DNA of 64,000 nt from Octopus sinensis (GCF_006345805.1 NC_043018.1:19096001-19160000); one strand, 5' to 3'; positions 41,470 through 53,346 are shown, numbered from the stretch's first letter. The notes: generated by a model not told the origin, from the sequence alone. Program-made: numbers and translations.

Positions 41470-42177
41470 GATAAAACACATCGCTAAAATTGTCAAGAAG
41501 GCTGAGGGTGTCTTGGCATCACTCACCAAATCCTTTGTGAGCCGCTCTCCAACTATCTATCTGTGGCTTTATATAGCTATGGTAAGACCTCACCTGGAAT
41601 TTGCATCACCGGTCTGGAACCCCTATCTTACCCAGGATATCAATCGTCTGGAAGCCGTTCAGCGACGTGCAACCAAAAGAATACCCTCCGTCAGGCATTT
41701 GCCATATCCTGAACGCCTTACTTCCCTGGGCATGGACACATTGAAACTCCGACGTCTGGCAGCTGACTTGGCAGACACCCATAAAATTATCAACCATCGT
41801 ACAAACAATAACTCCGAGCACCTTTTCAAACTCCACCCGTCTAACACCCGTGGACATATTTACAAAGTCAGAAAACAACACAGCTCCCATGACTTTCAGA
41901 AACATTTTTTCACGCTGTGAGTTGCTGAAGCATGGAACAAACTGCCGGCATCAGTTGTTAGTTGTCGGAGCACTGCATCCTTCAAAACTTCCATGCTTTC
42001 TGAGATTCGCCAACACTACACCTGATTTTCTCCCCTCCATACACACGCAAGCATGTATCTGACTCCTGCATCGTTCGCTTTCCAGACATTTGTACATTAC
42101 TGCATATACTCTGACAAGTTGTGGTGCACCTGAGAACTGTATACAATAATTTCATTATTATTATTATTATTATTATT
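41470..42177 (+). mobile_element. 5'-truncated CR1/L2-type LINE: RT C-terminus, 3' UTR and (ATT)n tail
   Basis: ORF 41462-41920 has VRPHLEFASPVWNP, LEAVQRRATKRIP and NTRGH; RVAEAWNKLP follows after a frameshift. Confidence 0.92.
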
Positions 42178-42729
42178 CACGTTGTTTTGAATTTAATCCT
42201 GCATTATCTTGCATCTTTGAGATTTCAGTGACATTGTAGGGTAGGTGAGAGAGGCCAGATCTGGCTGGTTTGAACATAAAACCGGTGGAATATTTGGGCT
42301 GGATGTGACCAGTTTAAACGCTAAAGGGTTAATCAAAACAACTGCCTGGCAACCGTATGAAGTTGAGAAAAAACCCTTGCTTGTCATGTTAGCAAAAAGC
42401 TTGTTCTTGTGCAAATTTTCTTTTGTAGCTTTCAGTTCATTAACTCATTAAACTAATTAGTATAATTTAACGAAAATTGTTTAGTATCTTTGGTCTAAAT
42501 GTTTCTGAATATCAACAGTCAGCTGTCACCAAGTTCGTACACGTTCTCTTTGTTTATAGTTCATTTCCAAAAGCCTACATTTACACACAATTTATTTGGG
42601 ATACATTTTTACCTGCACTTTTCCTAGTCTCAGTAATTCAACAGCTAACTCCTGGCACTTACCTTTTTTATCTATACGCCTCATATTGATTCTCTCATTG
42701 TTTGGGACTGTAAAGTCAATTATTTGACA

Positions 42730-42820
42730 CTGTATTCTCTTTATCTACTACTACTACTACTAAATCAGGCCTTCTAGCTTCTATTACTCTGTCAGTCGGA
42801 ATGTTAAAGTCCCACAACAT
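42730..42820 (-). pseudogene. Fragment of an RLE-endonuclease (R2/R4/NeSL-group) non-LTR retrotransposon
   Basis: Translates to LWDFNIPTDRVIEARRPDLVVVVVDKE (WDF...RRPD restriction-like endonuclease motif). Confidence 0.65.
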
Positions 42821-43699
42821 TATTATTATTATTATTTTTATGTGCCACCGGCACAGGTGCCAGATGAGGCTGGCACCATTCGATCGTGGCCGTCTGCCAG
42901 CCTCTTCAGGCACCTGTGCGGGTGGCACATAAAAAGCACCCACTACACTCACGGAGTGGTTGGTGTTAGGAAGCATCCAGCTGTAGAAACACTGCCAGAT
43001 CAGACTGGACCTGGTGCAGCCTTCTGGCTTCCCAGACCCCAGTTGAACCGTCCAACCCATGCCAGCATGGAAAGCGGACGTTAAATGATGATGATGATGT
43101 GGCAAGCTGGCAGCATCATTATCACACTTGGCAAAGTGCTTAGGGACATTTTATCCGTCTTCATGTTCTGAGTTCAAATTCCGATGAGGTTTGCCTTTCA
43201 TCCTTTTGGGGTCAATGTAATTGACTAGCCCCCCCCCCCCGAAAAAACTTCAGGTGTTGTGCCTATAATAGAAAGGATTACTATTGTTGTTATTATTAAC
43301 AACCACAGCTGGTCACACTACACAAGCCAATTGACCAGATATTGTGGTAAAAACTCACGTTGACAAAAGCATTTCTGCTGACAGATGTATCAGTCCATGT
43401 AGAGTACAACACTTCTGTAAAAGTATTTGAAAAATTAAATATAAACAATTGCAGTGTGGAAGGTGTTTGTAAGCCATTTAAGAAAAAAAGCCGTTCGATT
43501 CACTTCAACATTTAAGTTTAATTTTTGTCAGCGAACAGGTCGTGGTCTTAAAGCGACGAAAATATTTTGACAAATTAAACTTAAATGTTGAAGTGAATTG
43601 AACGGTTTTTTGTGTGTTGCTTAAATGGCTTACAAACACCTTCCACGCTGGAATTGTTTTCATTTCAGCACACGATCTCAGATCAAATCACTTGCTATG

Positions 43700-43919
43700 C
43701 AAGTACACCTCCGTAATTAAATATAAAGACCTTGAAATAGAAATCTCAAAAATGTGTTATGTAAGAACAACTCTACCTGTAATCATCAGAGCTTTGGGGA
43801 CAATACCAAAAGGTACTCTTAAACACTATGGTCAAATATCAAGAAATACCAAGGCACCAGAACTAAACAAAGAAATTTTTCTCATGGATATTGCCTACAT
43901 CCTTAAAAAGTTAACTTGA
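43700..43919 (+). pseudogene. C-terminal fragment of an RLE-type non-LTR retrotransposon
   Basis: KYKDLEIEISKM...PVIIRALGTIPKG...ILKKLT* matches the KYxxL...PVIIGALG C-terminal pattern. Confidence 0.65.
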
Positions 43920-44321
43920 AAACACCTGATTCTCATAAAACTCTATCAAAACTGAAAAATTCACAAATTTAACAGAATCTTGTCAGATTCTGATATTCTT
44001 TCCACACGGCATATTGCTGCTAACCATGAGTAACACCCATAGTAAAACATCCAACTTGCTGTTACTTGAGGCCCCTGGGTGAAACGTGGAACAGTTCATA
44101 GAAAACAAAGCCACCACTTTGTAGATAAGTGGGCATTTTTGAGGGGAAGGGATTAGTGGATTACATTGACCTCAATGCTCAACTGGTACTTAATTTAATG
44201 TCCCTGAAAGGATGAAAGACAAATTCAACCCCAGTGGGATTTGAACTTAGAATGTAATGAATTGCAAGAAATACATTTTCTCAACTGTGCTAATAATTTT
44301 GCAACCTTGCCATTCACTGAC

Positions 44322-44353
<32 letters not shown>

Positions 44354-44961
44354 CCTTGCTCCTGGAAGCACAAGGCCTCAAATTTGGAGGAAGGGATTAA
44401 GTCGATTACATTGCCTTTCTTCCTTTTGGGGTCGATAAATTAAGTACTAGTTATGTACTGGAGTCGATCTAATAGACTGGCTCCCTCCCCCAAAATTTCT
44501 GACCTTGTACCTAGAGTAGGAAAGAAGATATTTGTAGTAGTAGAGTCAATACAGTCCAGTCCAATTTGTGCTTATTAGTTTATCAGTCCCCAAGAAACAA
44601 ATGGTGAAATTGGCTCTGATAGGATTTGAACTCAGAGTTTAGAGGTGCACACCCAAATAGACTAAATATTGTCTGTAGGTAAACAGTTATGTGTCATGTA
44701 CAGGGATATGTATATCAAAAAGTATATGGTTTTGAACCTGTAAACCATGGTTCATCAGTCTAGTGTCACAACCACTGGCCACATAACGATAATTTCTATG
44801 GGAAATAAACCATTACTGTCATCTGGATTCTAATGAATCAGCTTAGACCTGCTTTCATTAAAAGTACATTCAGATCAGACCTAGAGGAATTGGCCCTGCT
44901 TTGTTTAGTTTCTTCCCAAAGAAACAAAGAGACATAATGATATTAACATCTTAGACCTATT

Positions 44962-45346
44962 GATGGAAGCACTCCGTCGGTTACGACGATGAGGTTTCCG
45001 GTTGATCTGAATCAACGGAACAGCCTGCTCGTGAAATTAACGTGTAAGTGGCTGAGCACTCCACAGACACGTGCACCCTTAACGTAGTTCTCGGGGATAT
45101 TCAGCGTGACACAGAGTGACAAGGCCGGCCCCTTGAAATACAGGTACAACAGAAACAGGAAGTAAGAGTGAGAGAAAGTTGTAGGGAAAGAGTACAGCAG
45201 GGATCACCACCATCCCCTGCCGGAGCCTCGTGGAGCTTTTAGGTGTTTTCGCTCAATAAACACTCACAACGCCCGGTCTGGGAATCCAAACCGCGATCCT
45301 ATGACCGCGAGTCCGCTGCCCTAACCACTGGGCCATTACGCCTCCA
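44962..45346 (-). mobile_element. SINE family C with 12-bp TSD
   Basis: TSD CTTAGACCTATT at 44950-44961 and 45347-45358. Confidence 0.92.
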
Positions 45347-45414
45347 CTTAGACCTATTACAAGTCTGATTGTTGTAACTAGTTCCTGACAGAGCAATCGG
45401 GTTTCTACTTTTAA

Positions 45415-45640
45415 CCCTTCAGCATTTCAGATTACTCTGTCAAATGTAATGCTTCTTCATTCACATTGCTTTGGATCAATCATGCGTTATCTCACAGCTT
45501 TGTGAGTTCAATAACCAATGTGATTGTTGCATTTTTAGAATGACATTGTAGGGTAGGTGTGAGAGATCGGATCTGGCTTGTTTGCATATAGAACAGATAA
45601 AATGTTTGGGCTGGAGATGGCCAGTTTAAATGCTAAAGAG
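45415..45640. mobile_element. TTAA-flanked MITE
   Basis: TTAA|CCCTTCAGCA...TGCTAAAGAG|TTAA. Confidence 0.75.
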
Positions 45641-45685
45641 TTAAGGGCTTCTTCTTTGAAAGGCAGCTGAGGTGAAATTGATTAA

Positions 45686-45893
45686 CCCTTTCGTTAGCAA
45701 CCCGGCTGAAACTGGCTCTGGCCCTGAGTACAAATGTCTCGTTTTCATAAGTTTTGAATTAAAATCTTCCACCAAACTTTAGTTACAATTTATGTTCCTA
45801 ACACTAGCTGAATGATAACTAAATTATTTGTTATATTTAAAATTAATTGAAAGAAACACCGAGCATCTTAAAATAAATACAGCAACGAAAGGG
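45686..45893. mobile_element. TTAA-flanked MITE, second family (CCCTTTCGTTA...CAACGAAAGGG)
   Basis: TIRs plus TTAA; related copies at 52531-52703, 52735-53346 and 61840-62059. Confidence 0.8.
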
Positions 45894-47430
45894 TTAAACA
45901 TGTAATGGCACCATTTAATTAGACCTCTTCTACTTGTTACTTATATATTTAGTTTGGTTATTGAAGAAGTTTCTATATCAGGCATGCACAACCTTTCACA
46001 AGAAATGGGCCACATGAGAAATGTGGGCCAAATGTGACATGGCTCATCATGAGGTGGGCCACACCGCCAAGAAAGATAGAAGGTAATTTTTCATGAGGTG
46101 TGTTATTTAAAAAGTTCTCATAGGCCATAGTTTGTTCGTGATTGGTATATATAGTTGCTCAGCCTTGTAGAAATAGCAGCTAAATCTCCCCAAAACAAAA
46201 TAGAATTAGATAACATTGTCTGAGATAGACTTTGACTGCAGTGCGTTGGGGTGGGTGGGAGCTGGATGGTGAAGGCTGCAACCCTTTTGATTACAGGTCT
46301 GCCGTGTTACGAGCTGACCAGAGGCTGATAATAACAATAATTTATTTCAACTAATGCATAAAGAGTACCCTTGCCCCCCTCCACACACACACACACACAC
46401 ACACACACGACAAGGGGTCAATCTAGCCTGGCCAGTGCCACTGTGGTGTAACCTTACACACAAACAAAAATAGTTGCTCCCGTTTTTAGCTTCAGTTTTT
46501 AATCTGCTACTGTTTTCTCTTGTCATCTGTTCCTCTAATCTCTAATTACCTCCCACCACTACCACCACCACCACTCTCTACTGATAGTACTTCATTAGCC
46601 AGCAGTCAATACTAGTTACAGTCTCTCTCTCTCTCTATCTCTCTCTCTCAACAAACTAGACTCGGCTATCTGACCAACCAATCTACCAACCTACTTACCT
46701 CTTGTCCATTTGCAAATGTCGGTCAACAATGTTGCTGTATCATTGCTCGGAAGATCAATAGTTCTGCCTCCTTCCGGATGGATTCCCCCCTTTTTATTTA
46801 TTTATTTTATTTATTTATTGATTAAGCATTATTTGATGGTATTGTAGTTAATACCATTACTACTATTACTACTACTACTACCACTGCTGATGTTATCTCC
46901 ACCCCCCCACCACCCTCCAATCTCACCTGTTCACTGTATCAGGTACAACAACGTATTCACCTTTAATGTGCGTTTATTAAAATATGACTGTCACCTCTTG
47001 CCGCTCATACCTCATGCTCAGGACAGTGGCTTCATGAGTGGTCACTCAATTTCATAGCCTAGCCTCATAGAGTCTCTGCTCTTTGATCAAGGCACTCTTG
47101 TTTTTACCCCCTCCTCCTCTCTCTCTCTCTCTCTCCCTCTCTCTCACCTTTATTTCCCCCCCCCCCCCATTGTTTTTCCTTTCTCTCTTCCTTACTGGGA
47201 ATTGTTCCAGCAGCCCAGGCCTATCTGGGAAGTGACCTCCTGCAAGATCAGTATTAAATCTTCTATGTTGTTGTTAGACTTGTCTGGCTTATTGCAAAAA
47301 ATAAAAAAAGAAAAAAAAAAAGAAAAAGAAGAGAGAAGAAAAAGAAAAAAAAAATGCTACTGTCACTTGGTAGTGATTCATAGAAGGAGCAATAAACCAG
47401 CTGCAAAACAACTGTTTCATTACCTTACCT

Positions 47431-47487
<57 letters not shown>

Positions 47488-47573
47488 GTAGGTCCCGGGT
47501 TGATTCGGGGTTAACCACAGTAAATAAGGTACTCAATACATAGTAGAGTAAAATTAATTTATTATATAGAAGG

Positions 47574-47624
47574 AGCTTCTACAGGACTAGAACTGTTTCA
47601 TTCAAGAGAAATCTTCAGGAAGCT
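47574..47624 (-). ncRNA. Type I hammerhead ribozyme motif (minus-strand copy, identical)
   Basis: Exact reverse complement of 47798-47848. Confidence 0.75.
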
Positions 47625-47797
47625 AGTTAACAAGAATTGTATTGGCATTTATACATTTAGGCAGGTTTAAAGGGGTGTTGGTGGGGGACTTTTTGGGGGT
47701 ATGATATTTTGCGCTATGCCTACCCCCAAAAAGTCCCCCACCAACACCCCTTTAAACCTGCCTAAATGTATAAATGCCAATACAATTCTTGTTAACT

Positions 47798-47848
47798 AGC
47801 TTCCTGAAGATTTCTCTTGAATGAAACAGTTCTAGTCCTGTAGAAGCT
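47798..47848 (+). ncRNA. Type I hammerhead ribozyme motif (plus-strand copy)
   Basis: agcttc-CTGAAGA-tttctcttgaat-GAAA-cag-ttctagtc-ctg-TA-gaagct: 6-bp stem I, intact core, stem III (A-U plus 3 bp), GUA cleavage triplet. Stem II is weak (3 bp, U.U at the 10.1-11.1 position). Confidence 0.75.
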
Positions 47849-47859
47849 CCTTCTATATA

Positions 47860-47913
<54 letters not shown>

Positions 47914-48444
47914 AGGGTTTTGACTGCTATTTCGGCATGGTGGTGTCTCTCAGACACCCTTATTTTTAGTTGTAAAAAAAAATTACCTTTGTACGGTATT
48001 TTTTCCCATGCTGGCCACTTGATGATATCAATATTTAAATATCGATATTATCCTTGTTTATAAATTTATATATATATATCATCATCATCATCGTTTAACG
48101 TCCGTTTTCCGCGCTAGCACGGGTTGGACGGTTCGACCGGGGTCCGGGGAGCCAGGGGCTGCTCCAGGCTCCAGTCTGATCTGGCAGTGTTTCTACAGCT
48201 GGATGCCCTTCCTAACGCCAACCACTCCGTCTATATATAGACGTTGGACTCCTTATTCGCATAATCACCGAACCTGGAGCTTATCTATGGTCTGTCCATA
48301 GCACTTACTCAGCATTACCTGACACCTCAGGCATGCACAACCTTTCACGGTCTCTTTTTGCCGAACTGCTAAGTTACGGGGATGTAATCACATCACTATC
48401 GGTTGTCAAGCGATGTTGGGGGACAAACACAGATACACAAGCAT

Positions 48445-48459
<15 letters not shown>

Positions 48460-48477
<18 letters not shown>

Positions 48478-49452
48478 CACGACGGGCTTCTTTCAGTTTC
48501 CATCTACCAAATCCACTCACAAGGCTTTGGTCGGCCCGAGGCTATTGTAGAAGACACTTGCCCAAGGTGCCACGCAGTGGGACTGAACCCAGAACCATGT
48601 GGTTGGTAAGCAAGCTACTTACCACACAGCCACTCCTGTTACATCCTCATAACTTAGTGGTCTGGCAAAAGACCAATAGAATAAGTACTAGGCTTATGAA
48701 GAATAAGTCCTGGAGTCGATTTGTTTGATTAAAGGTGGTGCTCCAGCATGGCCACAGTCAAATGACAGAAAATATATAAGTATATTGGTGCAAACAGGAA
48801 AAATAACTTGAAATGCGAGTATATGTATATTTTTGTTAATATATAGCAGAAGCAACAGAATGACTCCATGTATTGGCATCTATCAAACTAATTTGATAAG
48901 TGCCAACCCACGAAACTTTCAGACCTTGAGTCACTCTGTTACTTCTGCTAAATATATATATATATATATATATATATACACGACGGGCTTCTTTCAGTTT
49001 CCATCTACCAAATCCACTCACAAGGCTTTGGTCGGCCCGAGGCTATTGTAGAAGACACTTGCCCAAGGTGCCACGCAGTGGGACTGAACCCAGAACCATG
49101 TGGTTGGTAAGCAAGCTACTTACCACACAGCCACTCCTGTTACATCCTCATAACTTAGTGGTCTGGCAAAAGACCAATAGAATAAGTACTAGGCTTATGA
49201 AGAATAAGTCCTGGAGTCGATTTGTTTGATTAAAGGTGGTGCTCCAGCATGGCCACAGTCAAATGACAGAAAATATATAAGTATATTGGTGCAAACAGGA
49301 AAAATAACTTGAAATGCGAGTATATGTATATTTTTGTTAATATATAGCAGAAGCAACAGAATGACTCCATGTATTGGCATCTATCAAACTAATTTGATAA
49401 GTGCCAACCCACGAAACTTTCAGACCTTGAGTCACTCTGTTACTTCTGCTAA

Positions 49453-49461
<9 letters not shown>
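48460..49461. repeat. Near-perfect 501-bp tandem duplication including a family A SINE part
   Basis: Identical ORFs at 48694-48879 and 49195-49380 (offset 501); boundaries fall in (TA)n. Confidence 0.9.
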
Positions 49462-49497
<36 letters not shown>

Positions 49498-49692
49498 TGA
49501 TGATGATGATTTTACCTCTCTAATCCTATTTCTTCTCTTCTTAATACAATCTCAATCTGTTTATTCTCTGCATTCATGTCTGGCCATGGGAAAATATTAC
49601 CTTACCTGGAAACAGGTGAGGTTTGGTGACCAGGAAGGGCATCCGGCCCTAGAACATCCATTTCTACAGATCCCATCTGACCTGTGCAAAAA

Positions 49693-50058
49693 TCTCTATA
49701 TGTATAAACGGCAAAATGTCTGTTTATGCATGTCCTTTTTACAAATCCACAATTTTTCAGTCAGAGGGCTCGCACTTTCTATGGTCATTCAAAACCGTCC
49801 AAGTGTGGTCATGCACATCTTTACATTTCCCCACTCATCCCTCAAAGCCATTAAAAAATCAATAGAAGTGACTTTTTTGTGAATTTTCTATCCAAAACCC
49901 AATCGAAATGCCCGAAACTTGATACGCCAATTGAATGCCAGCTAGCTGTAAGTAATTGGTTGAAGATTTGGACAGTACTCGCATGTATGTGCGCACGTAC
50001 GCAGCTGTATATGCATGCACTAGCATTATGACCCGGCAACGCAGGGTCATAGTGCTAG
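49693..50058 (+). mobile_element. Non-autonomous Helitron, second family
   Basis: A|TCTCTATATGTATAAA start; 3' hairpin TATGACCC...GGGTCATA followed by GTGCTAG|T. Confidence 0.6.
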
Positions 50059-50497
50059 TGGACATTAAATGATGATTCATTAGTGTTAACCCCTCCACCG
50101 CCTCACAGAATGTAAGTTGAGATGAGGCGTAGTAACCTCACCATTTTTGACACTGCTTACTGCAACAGTCTGTTCGTGTTTTTTTTTCATTGTTATTTGA
50201 ATTACCTTCAGACAAGTATATTGTGGTTTAGTGATGTTTTACGTGGGAAAATCAGGTGTTACCTAATTAAGAAACGAGGGAATCATTTTGGCAGTAAATA
50301 ATGCAGCTCCTTACCAACTGTAATAAAGGCAAGCTGGGTAAACCCCTTCACCGCCATAAATTAGATTTGTCTTTGTCTCTCAGATTCCTCTTCTCTAATC
50401 TTCTCACTTCTAATGTCACTAATGTTAGGATGTCTTTTTTTTTCAGACATTGTTTTTTAAGACTGACTCATTCACAGTTCTCTCTTATTTTTAACAG

Positions 50498-50564
50498 GAA
50501 CTGGAAAGAAAAGCAGCAGAATTGCAACGGAAAGAGCAAGAGATGCGCAACATGCAGTTCCAAG
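50498..50564 (+). CDS. SCAMP: SCAMP exon, coiled coil ELERKAAELQRKEQEMRNMQFQ
   Basis: ttttaacAG / GTagaa; 67 nt, phase 0/1; ELERKAAEL is the conserved SCAMP heptad segment. Confidence 0.96.
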
Positions 50565-50799
50565 GTAGAATTTGTTTGTAGTGTTTGTTTTCTTTTGTTT
50601 TCGTTCTACATTCCTCACATTGCTGTAACCGTTTCTGATGGTTAAGAAGACGAGCAATGACACATCTTCTTACCATGTGCTATACTGTCTGTGACCATGT
50701 ATAGGTACATCATCTCTTTGTAAGCAAGTCTGTTCTTCTATACTCAGTGATTGTTTTGTTATCTCACTGTACTAAGTTCAGCTCCTTACACCACATGTG

Positions 50800-51101
50800 T
50801 GGAGGCACATGGCCTAGTGGTTAGAGCAGTGGACTCGCGGTCGACGGATGCGGGTTCGAATCTCAGACTAGGCGATGTGTGTGTTCATGAGCGAAACACC
50901 TAAGCTCCATGTGGCTCTGGCAGAAGGTATTGGCGAACCTCTTCTGACTCTTTCGCCACAACTTTCTCTCACTCTTTCCTCCTGCATCTTGCAGCTCACC
51001 TGCGATGGACCGGTGTCCCGTCCAGGTGGGGAACCTATATGCCAAGGAAACTGGGAAACCGGCCCTTATGAGCCAGGGATGGCTCGAGAAGGGACAAACT
51101 A
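50800..51101 (+). mobile_element. SINE related to family C, with 10-bp TSD
   Basis: tRNA-like head GGAGGCACATGGCCTAGTGGTTAG; TSD ACCACATGTG. Confidence 0.85.
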
Positions 51102-51616
51102 ACCACATGTGGTCTACTGAGAGATAAAACCTGCTCTGCGGGCTTGTTCTGCTGTCTCCATGAGAGCATTTAAGCCACTTAACCTCTACGCCCCTAAAAT
51201 GTTTTTATATTAGAGATTATAAATAGAGATTAAAGATTACTCTTTTAGTTAATCTTCTGGGTATGCCATATCCATTATTCATTTTATCGTAAAAGAAAAT
51301 GTTTTAGGCTTTGGCTAATGAAAGTTTACAGGTTCTTTTTTTTATATTTATGGGCTTTTTACGTGCCCATGCCTTGTAAAAAAGGCATCATTTGAGCATG
51401 GTCATTGCCAGTGCCACCTGACTGGCTCCCATGCCAGTAGCATGTAAAAATCACCCACTATATTCTCAGAGTGGTTGGCTTTAGGAAGGGCGTCCAGCTG
51501 TAGAAACGTTGCCAGATCAGACTGGAGCCTGGTACAGCCTCCTGGCTTGCCAGTCCTCGGTATAACCATCCAACCCATGCCAGCATGGAAAGCGGATGTT
51601 AAATGATGATGATGAT

Positions 51617-51845
51617 GGCGGCGAGCTGGCAGAATCGTTAGCACGCGGGGCGAAATGTGTAGCCGTATTTCGTCTGCCGTTACGTTCTGAGTTCAAATTC
51701 CACCCAGGTCCACTTTGCCTTTCATCCTTTCGGGGTTGATAAATTAAGTACCAGTTATGCACTGAGGTCGATGTAATCGACTTAAACCGTTTGTCTGTCC
51801 TTGTTTGTCCCCTCTATGTTTAGCCCCTTGTGGGTAATAAAGAAA
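51617..51845 (+). mobile_element. SINE family B
   Basis: Family consensus match. Confidence 0.88.
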
Positions 51846-52530
51846 CGGATGATGATGATGGTAATTTACACATATTTACAATTCAAAATAGCTGCTGTTT
51901 GCTTTCACCCTGGCCCTTAATTCTTTTTCCACCCATTTCCAATGCTACAATTTGTCCACGTTTTGGTTGAGGCAAACATTAAAACAAAAAGATCGTTAGG
52001 ATATGTCATACATTTCAAAGTATTTTTGCAAATAAGAAAATTCCAATTTATGTTTGATTAATGAGTAAATTATCTTTGACCCGTTAGCATTCAGATTCTG
52101 TCAAAAGTAAAGCTTTTCCATTCACATTGTTTTCACTTAATCATGCATTATCATGTAACTTTGAAATTTTCATGATGTAGATTGATTAATTTTAGGGTGA
52201 CATTGTAGGGTAGGTGTGAGAGGCTTGATCTGGCTGCTTTGAATGCAAAACAGGCAGAATATTTAGGCCAGATACGACCAGTTTGAATGCTAAAGGGTTT
52301 AAATAATGAGTAAATCTATATGCCACACCTACGATAACAATATTGTGTAAATACCATAGAGTAATGCTACTTTCCTGTGACCCAAGTCTGCTGCTGCAGT
52401 ACAGGTTCAATCCCCAATTGAGTCATTTAAATTTTTTCATATTCATTGTATCTAACCCATGCCAGCCTGGAAAGCAAATAGCAAATAAAGATGGTGGTGG
52501 TCATCTGCTATTTCTGGTTGTTGTCATTAA

Positions 52531-52703
52531 CCCTTCCGTTACCAACCCGGCTGAAACTGGATATACCACCAAACCTTAGTCACAATTTATATTCCTGACA
52601 CGAGCTGAATGATAACTAAGTTATTTTACTAAATTCTTTGTTATATTTAAAATCAATTGAAAGAAACACAGAGCATCTCAACAGCAATATGGTAACAAAA
52701 GGG
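52531..52703. mobile_element. TTAA-flanked MITE
   Basis: TTAA|CCCTTCCGTTACC...GGTAACAAAAGGG|TTAA. Confidence 0.8.
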
Positions 52704-52734
52704 TTAAAATATATAATAGAGAAACCATTCTTAA

Positions 52735-53346
52735 CCCTTCTGTTACCAACCTGGCTGAAACTGGCTCTGTAGTACAAATGTCTTGTTTTCATAAGTTAAA
52801 ATCTTCCACCAAATTTTAGTCACAATTTATATTCCTAACACTTGCTTAATGATAACTAAGTTTTATTAAATCTCAGAATGAGCATTATTACATCTCAGAA
52901 TGAGATTGAAACAGTAATCGCTCGATAATGTAAAGTATAGAAGCCATCTTAACATGGCTAACCACATAGGGGAGGGGGTGTTACTGTAGCTTTATAGCCC
53001 CAGGAGATCGACGTCTCCAGCTGGCTTTAGACACCATTTCAGTGCCCTTGAAGTATTTGCAAAGGGAGGCCATCCCTTCCTCGCAAGCCTGAGTGATACG
53101 CTCGGACTAGTTTCGGGATTTTTGTCCCTCGTCAACGGGCGGTAACCACCAGGTCGCGATGAAAGAGAAGGCCGCCTTGCAAATATATGAGTTTTTCTAG
53201 TGACGTCTGCCACTGATTTCGAAAAACTGACAGTAAGCATTATTAAATCTCAGAATGAGATTGAATATTTTACTAAATTCTTTGTTACATTTAAAATAAT
53301 CGAGAGAAAAACAGCCCATCTCGAAATAAATATAGTAACGAAGGGG
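52735..53346. mobile_element. TTAA-flanked MITE interrupted by a ~400-bp insert
   Basis: TIRs plus TTAA; body split near 52863 and 53265. Confidence 0.75.

Larger units (their letters stand above)
47488..47865. mobile_element. Probable Penelope-like/retrozyme-type element fragment with inverted pLTR, inserted in (TA)n
   Basis: Perfect 145-bp inverted arms (47557-47701 and 47721-47865), 19-nt spacer, hammerhead in each arm, ~70-bp extra tail on the left, (TA)n on both flanks. Family assignment is inferred from architecture. Confidence 0.6.

Noticed and set aside
43360-43400. Minus-strand CTGATAC...GAAA next to the 43443-43659 inverted repeat
   Set aside because: Core deviates from CUGANGA and flanking stems do not pair.
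47202-47543. 113-aa ORF with a basic K/E/R tract just upstream of the hammerhead element
   Set aside because: Derived from A-rich and (CT)/(TA) simple repeats; no convincing splice sites.
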